From assembly GCA_045605805.1 (NCBI GenBank), contig JAZUQR010000008.1:32001-96000 (forward strand): a stretch of DNA of 64,000 nucleotides, read 5' to 3'. Under the pieces are notes generated by a model. That model was not told where the DNA came from. It ran no database searches and worked only from the letters and a program-made list of their open reading frames with translations. Position 1 is the first letter of the stretch, and each line of letters opens with the position of its first letter. The stretch comes from Alphaproteobacteria bacterium. Lineage in GTDB: Bacteria; Pseudomonadota; Alphaproteobacteria; CAAHEQ01; UBA3637. The translations under genes were made by a program, and so were the position numbers. Of this stretch, positions 26,807 through 37,281 are shown piece after piece.

Positions 26807-29800
26807 TTACACCGTTTTCTTAAATTCCTGCCAATTTCTGACCGGCTGTTCGGAGTAGATAACATTATCAAGAGCTTTGAAGTGCTGTGCGCCGCAATGA
26901 ATCTTTTGTTGTTCTTCCGGTCGCAGGCCATAGAACGAATCAGTTCCTTTGGTTTCAAGCACGAAATAAAGTTTCTGTTCGCCATTTTTCTCTAAATATA
27001 CGGCCCAGTCCGGATTATAGGTTCCAATAGGTGTATCAATCTTAAACCGGCTTGGAATTTTAAAGAACATTTTAACGTCAGGATCCTCATCCAAAGCCAC
27101 GGCAAACGGCTTTTCAACCGTGCTACTGTCATAAATAACATAGTCATAAACGCTGTTTTTAACCGCGACAGCATTACGATCGAGGTTAGCAATCAATTCT
27201 TCACTCGAGAAAATCTCTTGCACGGCATATTCTTCGCCGGCCAATTTAATATACTTAATTCCATCAATGGCCAATGCATGGCGATTGCGCTGGATGATCT
27301 CCAAAACCTTTTCGTAAAAGTCTTGTGGGTTCTTCAAAAAGTCTCCGGCCCGGCTGCTTTCTTGAATGATTTTATTCACGGTCGAACGTTTCAGCAATGT
27401 TTTGGTAGAGATTAAACGCAAAATATCCGGCAGAACATCATAGCTCTTTTCCAGGTTTTGGGTAAACATCGCACCGGCTTGGGCGGTTACGCCTGACTTT
27501 TGAATATCAACCGAGGCTGTCTGACTGAGTAAACGGGCCGAAGCAATCTCCGGCATCTTACGAATATCCTTGATACTGTCGGCGATCAGTTTATCTAAAT
27601 CAAACTGGACCCGATAAGTGGTCTTTTGCTTAATTTTATTCCACAACTCCATAAATTCCGGTGATAATAGCGCACGTTTATTGAGTTTTACCGTTACATC
27701 CTTGGAAGCATCGCGGATGTTGAGCTTATTATCAGCCTTGTTCATGGACTGCAAAATTGCACGTTGCGCGGCTTTTGACCAACGCTCACTTAAATTGAGT
27801 GTACCGGCCGCAAGCTGTGCCTTCATGGTGTCTTTAATCTTGTTCTTGCTGTCAATAACCTTTTTATCTTTCAGCTCATCCATAATCGCGGCCGCTTCCT
27901 CATACGAGAAGGTCTTTTTCTCAACAACAGTTTCTTTATATGTTGTATTAGCAAGCGCGGCAACCGACACCGGCTTTGAAGTTTTGATCATATCTTGAAC
28001 ATGTGTTTTTACAGGTTCAGGCATGGGGATATTTTCGATTTTAATTTCTTCCGGCTTAACTTCCGGTTTAATGTAGCCACCATCATCAATTAAGCCATAT
28101 TTTTGTAAATCTTCAACAATAGCGGTGGCCTCGCTTTCGCTGACTCTACGTTCAACTTCTACTTCTTCATCGTAAGAATAGCCGACAAGCATATCCAACT
28201 CGAAAACGCCAAATTTAACACCGGTTTCATCTTCAATTTCTTTCTGTAATTTATCGGCAAACTCGGCAAAACTTTCGTTGGCGATAACGTGCAAAACATT
28301 GATGTTCTTATCCTCAATCCGTTCTCCGTCCTGATTAACGCAAAGTCTTAAGCCACGACCGATTTTTTGACGGCAGGTAAACAGCGATTTTTGCTCGATC
28401 AGCGTGCAAACTTGGAAGACATTCGGATTATCCCAACCTTCTTTTAAGGCAGAGTGCGAGAAAATAAAGCGGAGCGGACATTCAAACGACAACAGCCACT
28501 CTTTATCTTTCATGATGGTATTGTAGGTGTCGTCATCAGCCTGCGTATCGCCTTTGGTATCCTTATATTTACCTTTTTTATCTTGGGAGAAGTAACCGTT
28601 GTGTGCTTTGTTTACGTCTGTATCGAACTTGGTTTTTAGCTCAGCGTAACGTGGTTTATTGATCAGTTCGTTATAGCATTCTTCGAACATTTTGGCATAA
28701 ATACCTTTGCCGCCATCCTCAGTGCGGTATTTTTTAACCTCATCAATAAAGAACAGGGACAACACCTTAATTCCCATATCAAAATAGCGTAATTCCTTAT
28801 CTAAATGGGTTTTAATGGTCTGATAAATTTGCGCACGTTTCAAAACTTTTTCATCAACGCTACCGATGGCTTTACCCAGGGCAACATATTCCGAGTTTGC
28901 AAATTCCACACCCTCAAGGCCTGATGTACAATCAATCCCTGAAACAACATAGCCTTCATAAATTTTGCGATGGCCGGATTTGATAAACAGATCATCGTCC
29001 GGTTTAACCGTTATAACTTTACGCGTAATATGAGCGTTGTCGTCTTCCACATCAATTTCCAGTTTGGCCGAAAAGCCGTTGGCGTTTGAAACGTTCTTTA
29101 AGGCGATATAGGGTTTGTTTGAATCATTGATAACTGAATTTGAAATAACGCAAATCTGTTTTACTAATCCCAGTTGATACGCATCAACTGGTGTTAAACG
29201 ATAGACAAGATTCTGCTTTTCGCGGTGGGTAGCGGAATAACGCAACACGCACAGCGGATTAAGCATCGCGATGGCTTCCTTTGCCTTTGGCGTATTATCA
29301 ACACTTTGCGGTTCGTCAATAATCACAACCGGATTTGTGTCCTGAATATAGCGCATAGCGGTTTCGCCGTTCAGTTTATCTTGCTCTTGATTGATAATGT
29401 TTTCGGCCTTTTTGAAAGCATCGATGTTGATGATCATGATTTCAATGTTGCTGGAAGTTGCAAAGGCTCGCACATCAGAGAGCTTGGCCGAATTATAAAT
29501 AAAGTAGCGGTACGGCACACCGTCATATTGATTTTTGAAATACTCTTCCGTAACCTGAAACGACTTGTTTACACCTTCGCGAATTGCTACACTCGGTACA
29601 ACAATGATGAACTTTGTAAAACCGTAGCGGTGGTTAAGCTCCAAAATTGTTTTTGTATAAACGAAAGTTTTGCCGGTTCCGGTTTCCATTTCAATTGAAA
29701 GCGGCACCGCCTTTATGCCGTCAATGTTGGTTTGCGGCAGAGAATGAGCCTTTTGGATTGCATGAAGATTGTTGTTTATTGTCTCTTCATCCAACAGCAA

Positions 29801-29965
29801 CTTGTTACCGAACCCAAATTCATTTTGCAGGAAAGAAGCCTGCGCGGAGTTATCGGCGATTGAAAAAGTCATGTTGGCTTTTTCTTGGCCCTTGAATAAC
29901 TCAACCGCCGCATTCGTGGCATCAGTTTGAAATTCTTGATTCTTAAACTTTAGTTTCATGCTCAT
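26807..29965 (-). CDS. res: Type III restriction endonuclease subunit
   Basis: EMETGTGKT, IIDEPQ, LRYSATH, SALKEGWDNPNVFQ and QKIGRGLR motifs; nuclease YNPDW...ETKG. Confidence 0.93.
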   Translation of the reverse strand: MSMKLKFKNQEFQTDATNAAVELFKGQEKANMTFSIADNSAQASFLQNEFGFGNKLLLDEETINNNLHAIQKAHSLPQTNIDGIKAVPLSIEMETGTGKTFVYTKTILELNHRYGFTKFIIVVPSVAIREGVNKSFQVTEEYFKNQYDGVPYRYFIYNSAKLSDVRAFATSSNIEIMIINIDAFKKAENIINQEQDKLNGETAMRYIQDTNPVVIIDEPQSVDNTPKAKEAIAMLNPLCVLRYSATHREKQNLVYRLTPVDAYQLGLVKQICVISNSVINDSNKPYIALKNVSNANGFSAKLEIDVEDDNAHITRKVITVKPDDDLFIKSGHRKIYEGYVVSGIDCTSGLEGVEFANSEYVALGKAIGSVDEKVLKRAQIYQTIKTHLDKELRYFDMGIKVLSLFFIDEVKKYRTEDGGKGIYAKMFEECYNELINKPRYAELKTKFDTDVNKAHNGYFSQDKKGKYKDTKGDTQADDDTYNTIMKDKEWLLSFECPLRFIFSHSALKEGWDNPNVFQVCTLIEQKSLFTCRQKIGRGLRLCVNQDGERIEDKNINVLHVIANESFAEFADKLQKEIEDETGVKFGVFELDMLVGYSYDEEVEVERRVSESEATAIVEDLQKYGLIDDGGYIKPEVKPEEIKIENIPMPEPVKTHVQDMIKTSKPVSVAALANTTYKETVVEKKTFSYEEAAAIMDELKDKKVIDSKNKIKDTMKAQLAAGTLNLSERWSKAAQRAILQSMNKADNKLNIRDASKDVTVKLNKRALLSPEFMELWNKIKQKTTYRVQFDLDKLIADSIKDIRKMPEIASARLLSQTASVDIQKSGVTAQAGAMFTQNLEKSYDVLPDILRLISTKTLLKRSTVNKIIQESSRAGDFLKNPQDFYEKVLEIIQRNRHALAIDGIKYIKLAGEEYAVQEIFSSEELIANLDRNAVAVKNSVYDYVIYDSSTVEKPFAVALDEDPDVKMFFKIPSRFKIDTPIGTYNPDWAVYLEKNGEQKLYFVLETKGTDSFYGLRPEEQQKIHCGAQHFKALDNVIYSEQPVRNWQEFKKTV

Positions 29966-30657
29966 TTACCTATTTTATAAATTACATATTTAATTTCAGG
30001 ATTCGAAAACTGCTCCTTAAAGAAAGATTCCATTTTCTTGTCATTATTCACAACTTCTTTAGGCAATTGATTAAAATTTAATATTGTTTTATCCATCATG
30101 CCTACATCATTTATCAGAATACGATGACGCTTGTCTTCGTTCTTATTCCAGTAGAGGATCGCATACCTTATGGAGCCGGAAATAACCTCATTATCAAACG
30201 TAACGCTGTGCGTTGTAATGGTTTCCAACTTTTTCTTTTTTTTGATTTTACCAGTAAACGGGATAAAAATCGTCTTTTCGGGAGTTTGAACTCTAAAATA
30301 TATGTCTTTATGCATAGGGATTTCAGGCTCATAGGAGTATCTTTTCCCCATAATGTTATATGCATGAAAAGGTTCCAACAAAAATGGCTCATCAAAAGTT
30401 TTTAGTGTCATTAGGTATTTATTGTTGAATACGACAGAGATGGCCGTAATCGTTTTCGGAGAGAGCGTTTTATTGAATATCGTGCAATGTAAACCACTCC
30501 CTTCAAAAGAATTATGATTTTCTCCGAAAGATGTGATTTTAAGATTTTTTGAAAAGTGGTAAAGCCAAAAGCCATAAGCAGTTAAAACAAATATCCCCAA
30601 ATTACCAAGGATGGATGCTACTTTCTCAACAGTTTCCAAATTCAAAAAATCACACAT
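29962..30657 (-). CDS. Hypothetical protein with N-terminal TM helix, inserted between mod and res
   Basis: 231-aa AT-rich ORF, translationally coupled to res (ATGA-type overlap). Confidence 0.7.
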   Translation of the reverse strand: MCDFLNLETVEKVASILGNLGIFVLTAYGFWLYHFSKNLKITSFGENHNSFEGSGLHCTIFNKTLSPKTITAISVVFNNKYLMTLKTFDEPFLLEPFHAYNIMGKRYSYEPEIPMHKDIYFRVQTPEKTIFIPFTGKIKKKKKLETITTHSVTFDNEVISGSIRYAILYWNKNEDKRHRILINDVGMMDKTILNFNQLPKEVVNNDKKMESFFKEQFSNPEIKYVIYKIGK

Positions 30658-30666
30658 CGTCCACCT

Positions 30667-32532
30667 CTACAGCAACATAATTTCCACGCCACTGTCTTTG
30701 CTTATGTAATAAGCGTTGGATAGGGCCACATCATCTTTGAACGCTTCTTCAGCCGCGACAATTTTAGCCGGCGATAATTCGCACATCGCGGTTACGTCTT
30801 CCGGTGTGATACCGCCATTTGAACCGTCCAGGCAAACAAGAACCAAGCCTTCTTCGCCAATGGAATAAACTTTGCGGCCGTTCAAATTATTTTCTGTAAC
30901 CTTATAAGTCTCCGGAATACCAAGCTTCAGCATAACTTCATAAACCACATCTAATTCGGAGCGGTCAATTTTAAGACTCTTTATCATTGTATCGAAGCGT
31001 TCTTTCAAAATCTCTGTCTCGGAGCTTTCCAGCGGTGTATCATCCCACTTAACCAAATTTGATGTATCCAGTTTCAAAACCTTAAAGCCAACATCCACAT
31101 CGGCGTTTTGCTCTTTGATTTTTGCACCGGCGCGGCGGATACGCTCTTTACCGATTTCACAAATGTTTTTATATCCGGCTTTGAAAGCTTCTGACTTTTC
31201 GTCCGTCAGTTCAGGTAACTGCACCATAATAAATTGACGTTTGCCTCCATCTTCTGCGTTGAGTTGCATAACCGCATGGGCGGTGGTGGCCGAACCCGAG
31301 AAGAAGTCAAGAACAATGTCGCCATCAGACACTTTTGACATTAAAATTAGGTCATTTACGAGATTGACTGGTTTTGCATAATCAAAATATGATTTTTCAA
31401 TTTGAAATAATTTTTTAATTTCTTCAGTACCCTTTGCATTTATGTATTCGTCTTTGAATATTGATATAAATTGTTTTTCTCGATTTGAATCATCGCGGAT
31501 TTTTTCGTAAACAATGTAAGTACCATCGGAGCGTTTTTCAAAGATTACATCTCCCTCGCTGACTTTCTTATGCATCTTTTCTTTACCTAAACGCCAACGA
31601 CCCTCTGTCCCATCATTTCGAATAGGATATACATCTTCGCCATTCGGACCTTTTATAGGAAAATACATAGATGGAGAATCTTCTCGTCTTGAACCTGCGC
31701 CCCATTTGTTTAATTCGCGACCTTTCGCATATGCACCTTTTTCATCTTGAAGATTTAGCGTCCTACCTTCTACCTCTACACCACCAAATTCAACATCATT
31801 TATATTCTTAGAGTAGATGAGAACATAATCGTGCGTAACTCTGATGTATTTAGATTGACTGCCACCTTTAATGGCTTCTCGTGTAATTTGCGCAATAAAG
31901 TTTTCTTCTCCGAATACCTCATTACAAATTTTCTTTAGGTTATCCACCTCGTTATCATCAATGCTGATGAAAATAACGCCATCGTCACGGAGCAAGTTGG
32001 CGGCCAAACGTAACCGCGGATACATCATGTTCAGCCAGTTGGTGTGATAACGTCCCATTGTTTCAGGATTAGACTTGGTGGTTTGGCTGGTAATTTCTTT
32101 ATATTTTGCAAGCGGATCTTTGAAGTCATCTTCATAAACAAAGTCATTACCGGTATTATACGGCGGATCAATGTAAATCATCTTAACTTTGCGATAATAA
32201 GCCGTTTGCAACAGCTTTAATACTTCTAAATTGTCGCCCTCAATATACAGATTATTGGTATTTTCAAAGTCCACACTTTCTTCAACACACGGGCGGAGTG
32301 TACCTGTAGAACGTTTTCCGGCGATACGCAGGCACTCTGATTTGCCTTTCCATTCAAACTTGTACTTTTCAAAGTCATTGTCGATATATTCGCCACATAG
32401 TGACAACAGTTTATCAATATCCAGCTTGCCCTCAACAAAACATTGCGGGAAGACGGCTTTTAAGCGTTCCTTATCAGTTTCTGCCACATCCAAACTCTTG
32501 CCGTCTAATTTCTTAATATTAAGTTCTTGCAT
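30667..32532 (-). CDS. mod: Type III adenine DNA methyltransferase subunit
   Basis: IEGDNLEVLK, IYIDPPYNTG and LDFFSGSATTAHA motifs; AT-rich central target recognition domain. Confidence 0.93.
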   Translation of the reverse strand: MQELNIKKLDGKSLDVAETDKERLKAVFPQCFVEGKLDIDKLLSLCGEYIDNDFEKYKFEWKGKSECLRIAGKRSTGTLRPCVEESVDFENTNNLYIEGDNLEVLKLLQTAYYRKVKMIYIDPPYNTGNDFVYEDDFKDPLAKYKEITSQTTKSNPETMGRYHTNWLNMMYPRLRLAANLLRDDGVIFISIDDNEVDNLKKICNEVFGEENFIAQITREAIKGGSQSKYIRVTHDYVLIYSKNINDVEFGGVEVEGRTLNLQDEKGAYAKGRELNKWGAGSRREDSPSMYFPIKGPNGEDVYPIRNDGTEGRWRLGKEKMHKKVSEGDVIFEKRSDGTYIVYEKIRDDSNREKQFISIFKDEYINAKGTEEIKKLFQIEKSYFDYAKPVNLVNDLILMSKVSDGDIVLDFFSGSATTAHAVMQLNAEDGGKRQFIMVQLPELTDEKSEAFKAGYKNICEIGKERIRRAGAKIKEQNADVDVGFKVLKLDTSNLVKWDDTPLESSETEILKERFDTMIKSLKIDRSELDVVYEVMLKLGIPETYKVTENNLNGRKVYSIGEEGLVLVCLDGSNGGITPEDVTAMCELSPAKIVAAEEAFKDDVALSNAYYISKDSGVEIMLL

Positions 32533-32746
32533 AAAGTGCTCCGTTTTTTTGAATTTTACATGGCTATTAAAATACCCAAATCGTTAAATAATTGCAAGGG
32601 AAATGAAAAAATTTCCTTATTTTTTTGAATCCGAAAGGCTTGGTGTGGTTGAATTTGGTAAAAAATCAGATACTACCATCAGGACTTGAAAAAATTTTTT
32701 ATAACATGTATCATCATGAAGAATTTACTTTTTAACAGGACACAAA

Positions 32747-32935
32747 ATGAAATACGACAGCAATAAATTATACATCATCATTGATGAAGAGTATCGCGAT
32801 ACTTTTGAAGACAAGGTTGTGGAATTTTTAAATAAAGGTTATTTGCCTCTCGGAGGTGTTTCAACTTATATTAATGAAGACGGGGCCATTCATTATTGCC
32901 AAGCTCTTTTGCAATCAGAAAAAGAGAAAAGTTAA
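32747..32935 (+). CDS. Small protein (DUF1737-like)
   Basis: FEDKV.EFLNKGY.PLGGVS...YCQAL pattern; RBS AGGA. Confidence 0.55.
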   Translation: MKYDSNKLYIIIDEEYRDTFEDKVVEFLNKGYLPLGGVSTYINEDGAIHYCQALLQSEKEKS

Positions 32936-33211
32936 TTAATCGTTATTTCTCAATGGATTAAGGGTATTTTCCAACTCAATGTCAACCTCTCTTGAGCAGA
33001 TTAGAAACACAAGAGCAATAAAATTGTATGTAAAACATTTCAAATCAATGAGTTAAGAACGAAGCGGCACTTTTTGTTTGGCAGATATGGTTCGGTATAC
33101 TTTTAGGGTATAGGTATACTTTTTAAAGGGTAACAATCAAATTGACAGACACGGCGTGCAAAATTCCAAAAGCGGGAATAGTGGCTAGAACTGGGCTTTA
33201 AGAGGGTATAG

Positions 33212-33242
33212 AAAAAACGGACACTTTTAGGTATCCGTTTTT
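33212..33242 (-). terminator. Terminator downstream of tRNA-Pro
   Basis: ACGGATAC/GTGTCCGT stem with a T-run on the minus strand. Confidence 0.6.
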
Positions 33243-33254
33243 ATTTTTTAATAC

Positions 33255-33331
33255 TGGTCGGAGCGGCGGGATTTGAACCCACGACCACTTGCCCCCCAGA
33301 CAAGTGCGCTACCAGGCTGCGCTACGCTCCG
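33255..33331 (-). tRNA. tRNA-Pro(GGG)
   Basis: Reverse complement CGGAGCGTAGCGCAGCCTGGTAGCGC...CT GGG GG...GTTCAAATCC...CTCCGACCA. Confidence 0.95.
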
Positions 33332-33463
33332 ATAGCAACTATAATACTTATTTTTGTGGTAAATTGCAAGTACTTTTTTTAAGTGTTGCCTCTATTGTAT
33401 TAAAAAAATGTTGACAAAAAATCTTTTTCTGATATAATTTATTTGTTGTTTTAGGAGATAGAG

Positions 33464-33709
33464 ATGCGTCAAAACTTTCACTCTTGCAAAAGTAAAAGAA
33501 ATGAGAATCTTGTTGATTTAAGCCTTGTGCTTGCTTTGTTGGCTTTGGGGATGGTGTTATCTGGTTGGAGTACTGGTCAAGCCATATACAGAAGATATTC
33601 TGCTTCCAAAAATATTCAAGATTCTTGCCAAAAAAATCTTAAAAAAACAAGTTCTGATTCTTTGAAATCCGATTGTTTTTTGTATCATTATAAACATAAC
33701 CAAAAATAA
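33464..33709 (+). CDS. Hypothetical membrane protein
   Basis: RBS AGGAG, upstream TTGACA/TATAAT-like promoter, one TM segment. Confidence 0.5.
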   Translation: MRQNFHSCKSKRNENLVDLSLVLALLALGMVLSGWSTGQAIYRRYSASKNIQDSCQKNLKKTSSDSLKSDCFLYHYKHNQK

Positions 33710-33718
33710 GGAGAAAAT

Positions 33719-34033
33719 ATGTCTAAACAAAATGATAATCAAATTAAAAAAGACGAATACCCTAAAAAGAAAGACTGGTTGGGATTTTCTGAAATTCGTC
33801 CGGGGCTTTATCAATCAGATGTGGATCCGGAAATGATTTTAACAGGCTCTCAATATAATGGGATGGTTATTGGTGGTTTAGGGGCTTTAATAGCTCTTGG
33901 TGTATGGTTGGCTGGTGGAATCAAAGCGGTTAAGTATGTTTTTGCTCCGCCAAAAGCCCCTGCCATTCAACAACAAGTGCCTGAAAATCCGGCTGTGACC
34001 AATAAAATGCACATTATTTCAAAAGAAAGATAA
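33719..34033 (+). CDS. Hypothetical membrane protein
   Basis: RBS AAGGAG; one TM segment. Confidence 0.6.
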   Translation: MSKQNDNQIKKDEYPKKKDWLGFSEIRPGLYQSDVDPEMILTGSQYNGMVIGGLGALIALGVWLAGGIKAVKYVFAPPKAPAIQQQVPENPAVTNKMHIISKER

Positions 34034-34074
34034 AAATACTTGACAAATAGTTAAAAAAGTGTTAATATCTTGTT

Positions 34075-34188
34075 GGAGTGACAAAGAGGCTTGTTGTGTA
34101 ATACTCCTCAACCTTGCAAACAAGTTTGGATTTTCCCCCTTCTTTTTGTTGCTCCTCCTTTTCTCCCACCAGAAATGGTGGGTTTTTT
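34075..34188 (+). ncRNA. Candidate small RNA
   Basis: TTGACA-17 bp-TAATAT promoter (34040-34068); 15-bp closing stem 34075-89 with 34141-55; terminator CCCACCA-GAAA-TGGTGGG-T6. Confidence 0.55.
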
Positions 34189-34244
34189 GTTGACAGAAGG
34201 GTCTTTATGTGATAAAACCTTTTCTATAATGAAAGGATTGTATT

Positions 34245-34772
34245 ATGTTCAGAAAAATTGAAAATGGGCGGACTTTGCTGGAAATGATTGGTGTGATTAC
34301 CATGATTGGGGTTTTGACGGTGGGTGGTACTTCGTTATACACCCAAGCGATGGCAAAGGTTAGATTGAATAATCTTTTAGAGGAAGTGCGCAAACGGGCT
34401 TTGGTGGCGGACCGAAAAACAAGCAGCAGATATACATATGGGATGTTTAATGCCCAAGGCGGCGGTGCAAAGAGTGTGACTTCTTATGGGTATGGTATTG
34501 GGGACAATAACTCTGGAGTCAACCGTTCAGATGGTACCGTGAAAGTTTGGGTTGGACAACTTGAAGGGACAGGCGGAAAACCTTTGGATCCTGCGGTTTG
34601 TGAGGCTTTATTGGCTTCTGTGGCTGAGGGGGATGAGATTAAAACGGGCAGTGTTGTGGGCGTTTATAAAGACAACTGTATGACTAAACTGACTGCTTGT
34701 CGGTCGGAAGATGATGAGGGTGAGATGGTGAATGAGGTTCCGGATGTTGTGTGTATAGAAATTAAATCGTAA
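34245..34772 (+). CDS. Type IV pilin-like protein
   Basis: Class III signal G|RTLLEMIGVITMIGVLTVGG; C-terminal cysteines. Confidence 0.8.
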   Translation: MFRKIENGRTLLEMIGVITMIGVLTVGGTSLYTQAMAKVRLNNLLEEVRKRALVADRKTSSRYTYGMFNAQGGGAKSVTSYGYGIGDNNSGVNRSDGTVKVWVGQLEGTGGKPLDPAVCEALLASVAEGDEIKTGSVVGVYKDNCMTKLTACRSEDDEGEMVNEVPDVVCIEIKS

Positions 34773-34840
34773 AAAAATGCAAAAAATACTTGTATTTTGT
34801 TTTGCTTTGGTGTATGAATAAGATAATAACAGAAAGGTGA

Positions 34841-35896
<1,056 letters not shown>

Positions 35897-35918
35897 TTTA
35901 ACGCCAAAGAGGTGCCGT

Positions 35919-36770
35919 ATGGAGAACAAACAGTTTCGTTTGAAAAGGATTCGCTCTCAGATACGACGCTTGCTTCCTATTGTTTTTTTAATGTTTTCTT
36001 TATGTTTGGTTGTGTTATGGAAAACACAAAACCCTGTTGTGGTAGCTGTGCGGCATGAAGTGGCGGATTTTTTATCGCCTGTGGGTTATGTTTTATCGGC
36101 ACCGGCACGGTGGGTGAAATCTGTTAAAGACGGTTTTCACAGAAGAGCCTTTTTATCCCACAGAAATCAGGTGCTTGAAGAAGAAAATAAGATGTTAAAG
36201 CGGTGGCGGTTATTGGCGTTACAATTGCAATCGGAACAAGATGCAATCAAAAAAATGGTCAATTATGTGCCATATCCAACAGCTGTTTCAAAAGTAGCTC
36301 GGTTGGTGTTGGATACAGGAGATAAGTTTTCAAGAAATTATATTGCTTTGGCTGGTGTGAAAGATGGTATTTCGGTTGGGGCTGTGGCTTTAACGGAAAA
36401 TGGTTTGTTTGCACGAGTGATTGAAGTAGGTGATCATGGGGCAAGGTTGATGCTGTTGACGGATTATTTGTCACGTGTGCCTGTGATGGTGGGTGAAAAA
36501 CGGGTACCGGCTATTTTGTCGGGTGATAATTCATTGAAGCCAAAGTTGATTTTTGTTGAGAAGGATGCTGATATCAAAGAAAACGATCTTGTTTTGACTT
36601 CGGGGCAAGTAGGGGTTTATCCTTCTGGTTTGGCTGTGGGTGTTGTGGCTGCGGTGAAGCAAGGTGATATTTATGTGGACTTGTTTGAAAGCGGTGAAGG
36701 TTTAGAGTTTGTTCGTTTGGTGGATTTCGGTTTATCGGATGTGTTGTTAAAAACAGAGTGTCAGGAGTAG
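35919..36770 (+). CDS. mreC: Rod shape-determining protein MreC
   Basis: TM segment plus coiled coil; TSG..GVYPSGL motif; synteny. Confidence 0.9.
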   Translation: MENKQFRLKRIRSQIRRLLPIVFLMFSLCLVVLWKTQNPVVVAVRHEVADFLSPVGYVLSAPARWVKSVKDGFHRRAFLSHRNQVLEEENKMLKRWRLLALQLQSEQDAIKKMVNYVPYPTAVSKVARLVLDTGDKFSRNYIALAGVKDGISVGAVALTENGLFARVIEVGDHGARLMLLTDYLSRVPVMVGEKRVPAILSGDNSLKPKLIFVEKDADIKENDLVLTSGQVGVYPSGLAVGVVAAVKQGDIYVDLFESGEGLEFVRLVDFGLSDVLLKTECQE

Positions 36771-36774
36771 GGCG

Positions 36775-37281
36775 ATGCATTCCTTTCGTTGGCGATTTTT
36801 CTTTATGCGCTTATTGCCTTTTGTATTTGTTTTGACATTGATTTTATGCCATTTATCGCCTTTTTATTCGTTGCCTTATTTTCCTTTTTCTGTTCAATTG
36901 GCTTTTGTTCCCGTTTTTTATTTTGCTGTTTTTAATCCCAAGGTTTTAAGCTGTTGGGCAGTTTTTTTATTGGGTGTTGTGTCTGATTTATTGACTTCTT
37001 CTGTGTTTGGTGTGACTCCATTTTGCTTTGTATTGATGTATTTTATGGCGAATTTTTTCAGAAAGTATTTTGTTGAGTTTAATTTTTTTGGCCTATGGAT
37101 TGTTTTTTCCGGTGTGCTGTTGATGGTTGAATGTATCAATTATGCTTTGGTGGCTTTGTTTGGGCAAAATCCTGTTGTTTTTTATCCTGTTTTGGTTGAG
37201 TTTTGGATTGTGTGTTTGCTATATCCTTTTTTAATGCGTTTTTGTGCTTATTTGAACAAGAAAACACGAGAGGTTTCATGA
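36775..37281 (+). CDS. mreD: Rod shape-determining protein MreD
   Basis: Very hydrophobic; FLLGVVSDLL motif; synteny. Confidence 0.85.
   Translation: MHSFRWRFFFMRLLPFVFVLTLILCHLSPFYSLPYFPFSVQLAFVPVFYFAVFNPKVLSCWAVFLLGVVSDLLTSSVFGVTPFCFVLMYFMANFFRKYFVEFNFFGLWIVFSGVLLMVECINYALVALFGQNPVVFYPVLVEFWIVCLLYPFLMRFCAYLNKKTREVS

Larger units (their letters stand above)
1..33254. mobile_element. Prophage right arm plus accessory cargo, ending at the tRNA-Pro 3' end
   Basis: Contiguous head-tail-lysis genes to 16.6 kb, then cargo; composition changes near the tRNA. Inclusion of 16.6-33.2 kb in the same element is inferred, since neither the integrase nor a second att copy is in the window. Confidence 0.7.

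Noticed and set aside
30667-32532. Phase-variable mod (phasevarion)
   Set aside because: No simple sequence repeat tract is visible in the gene or its promoter.
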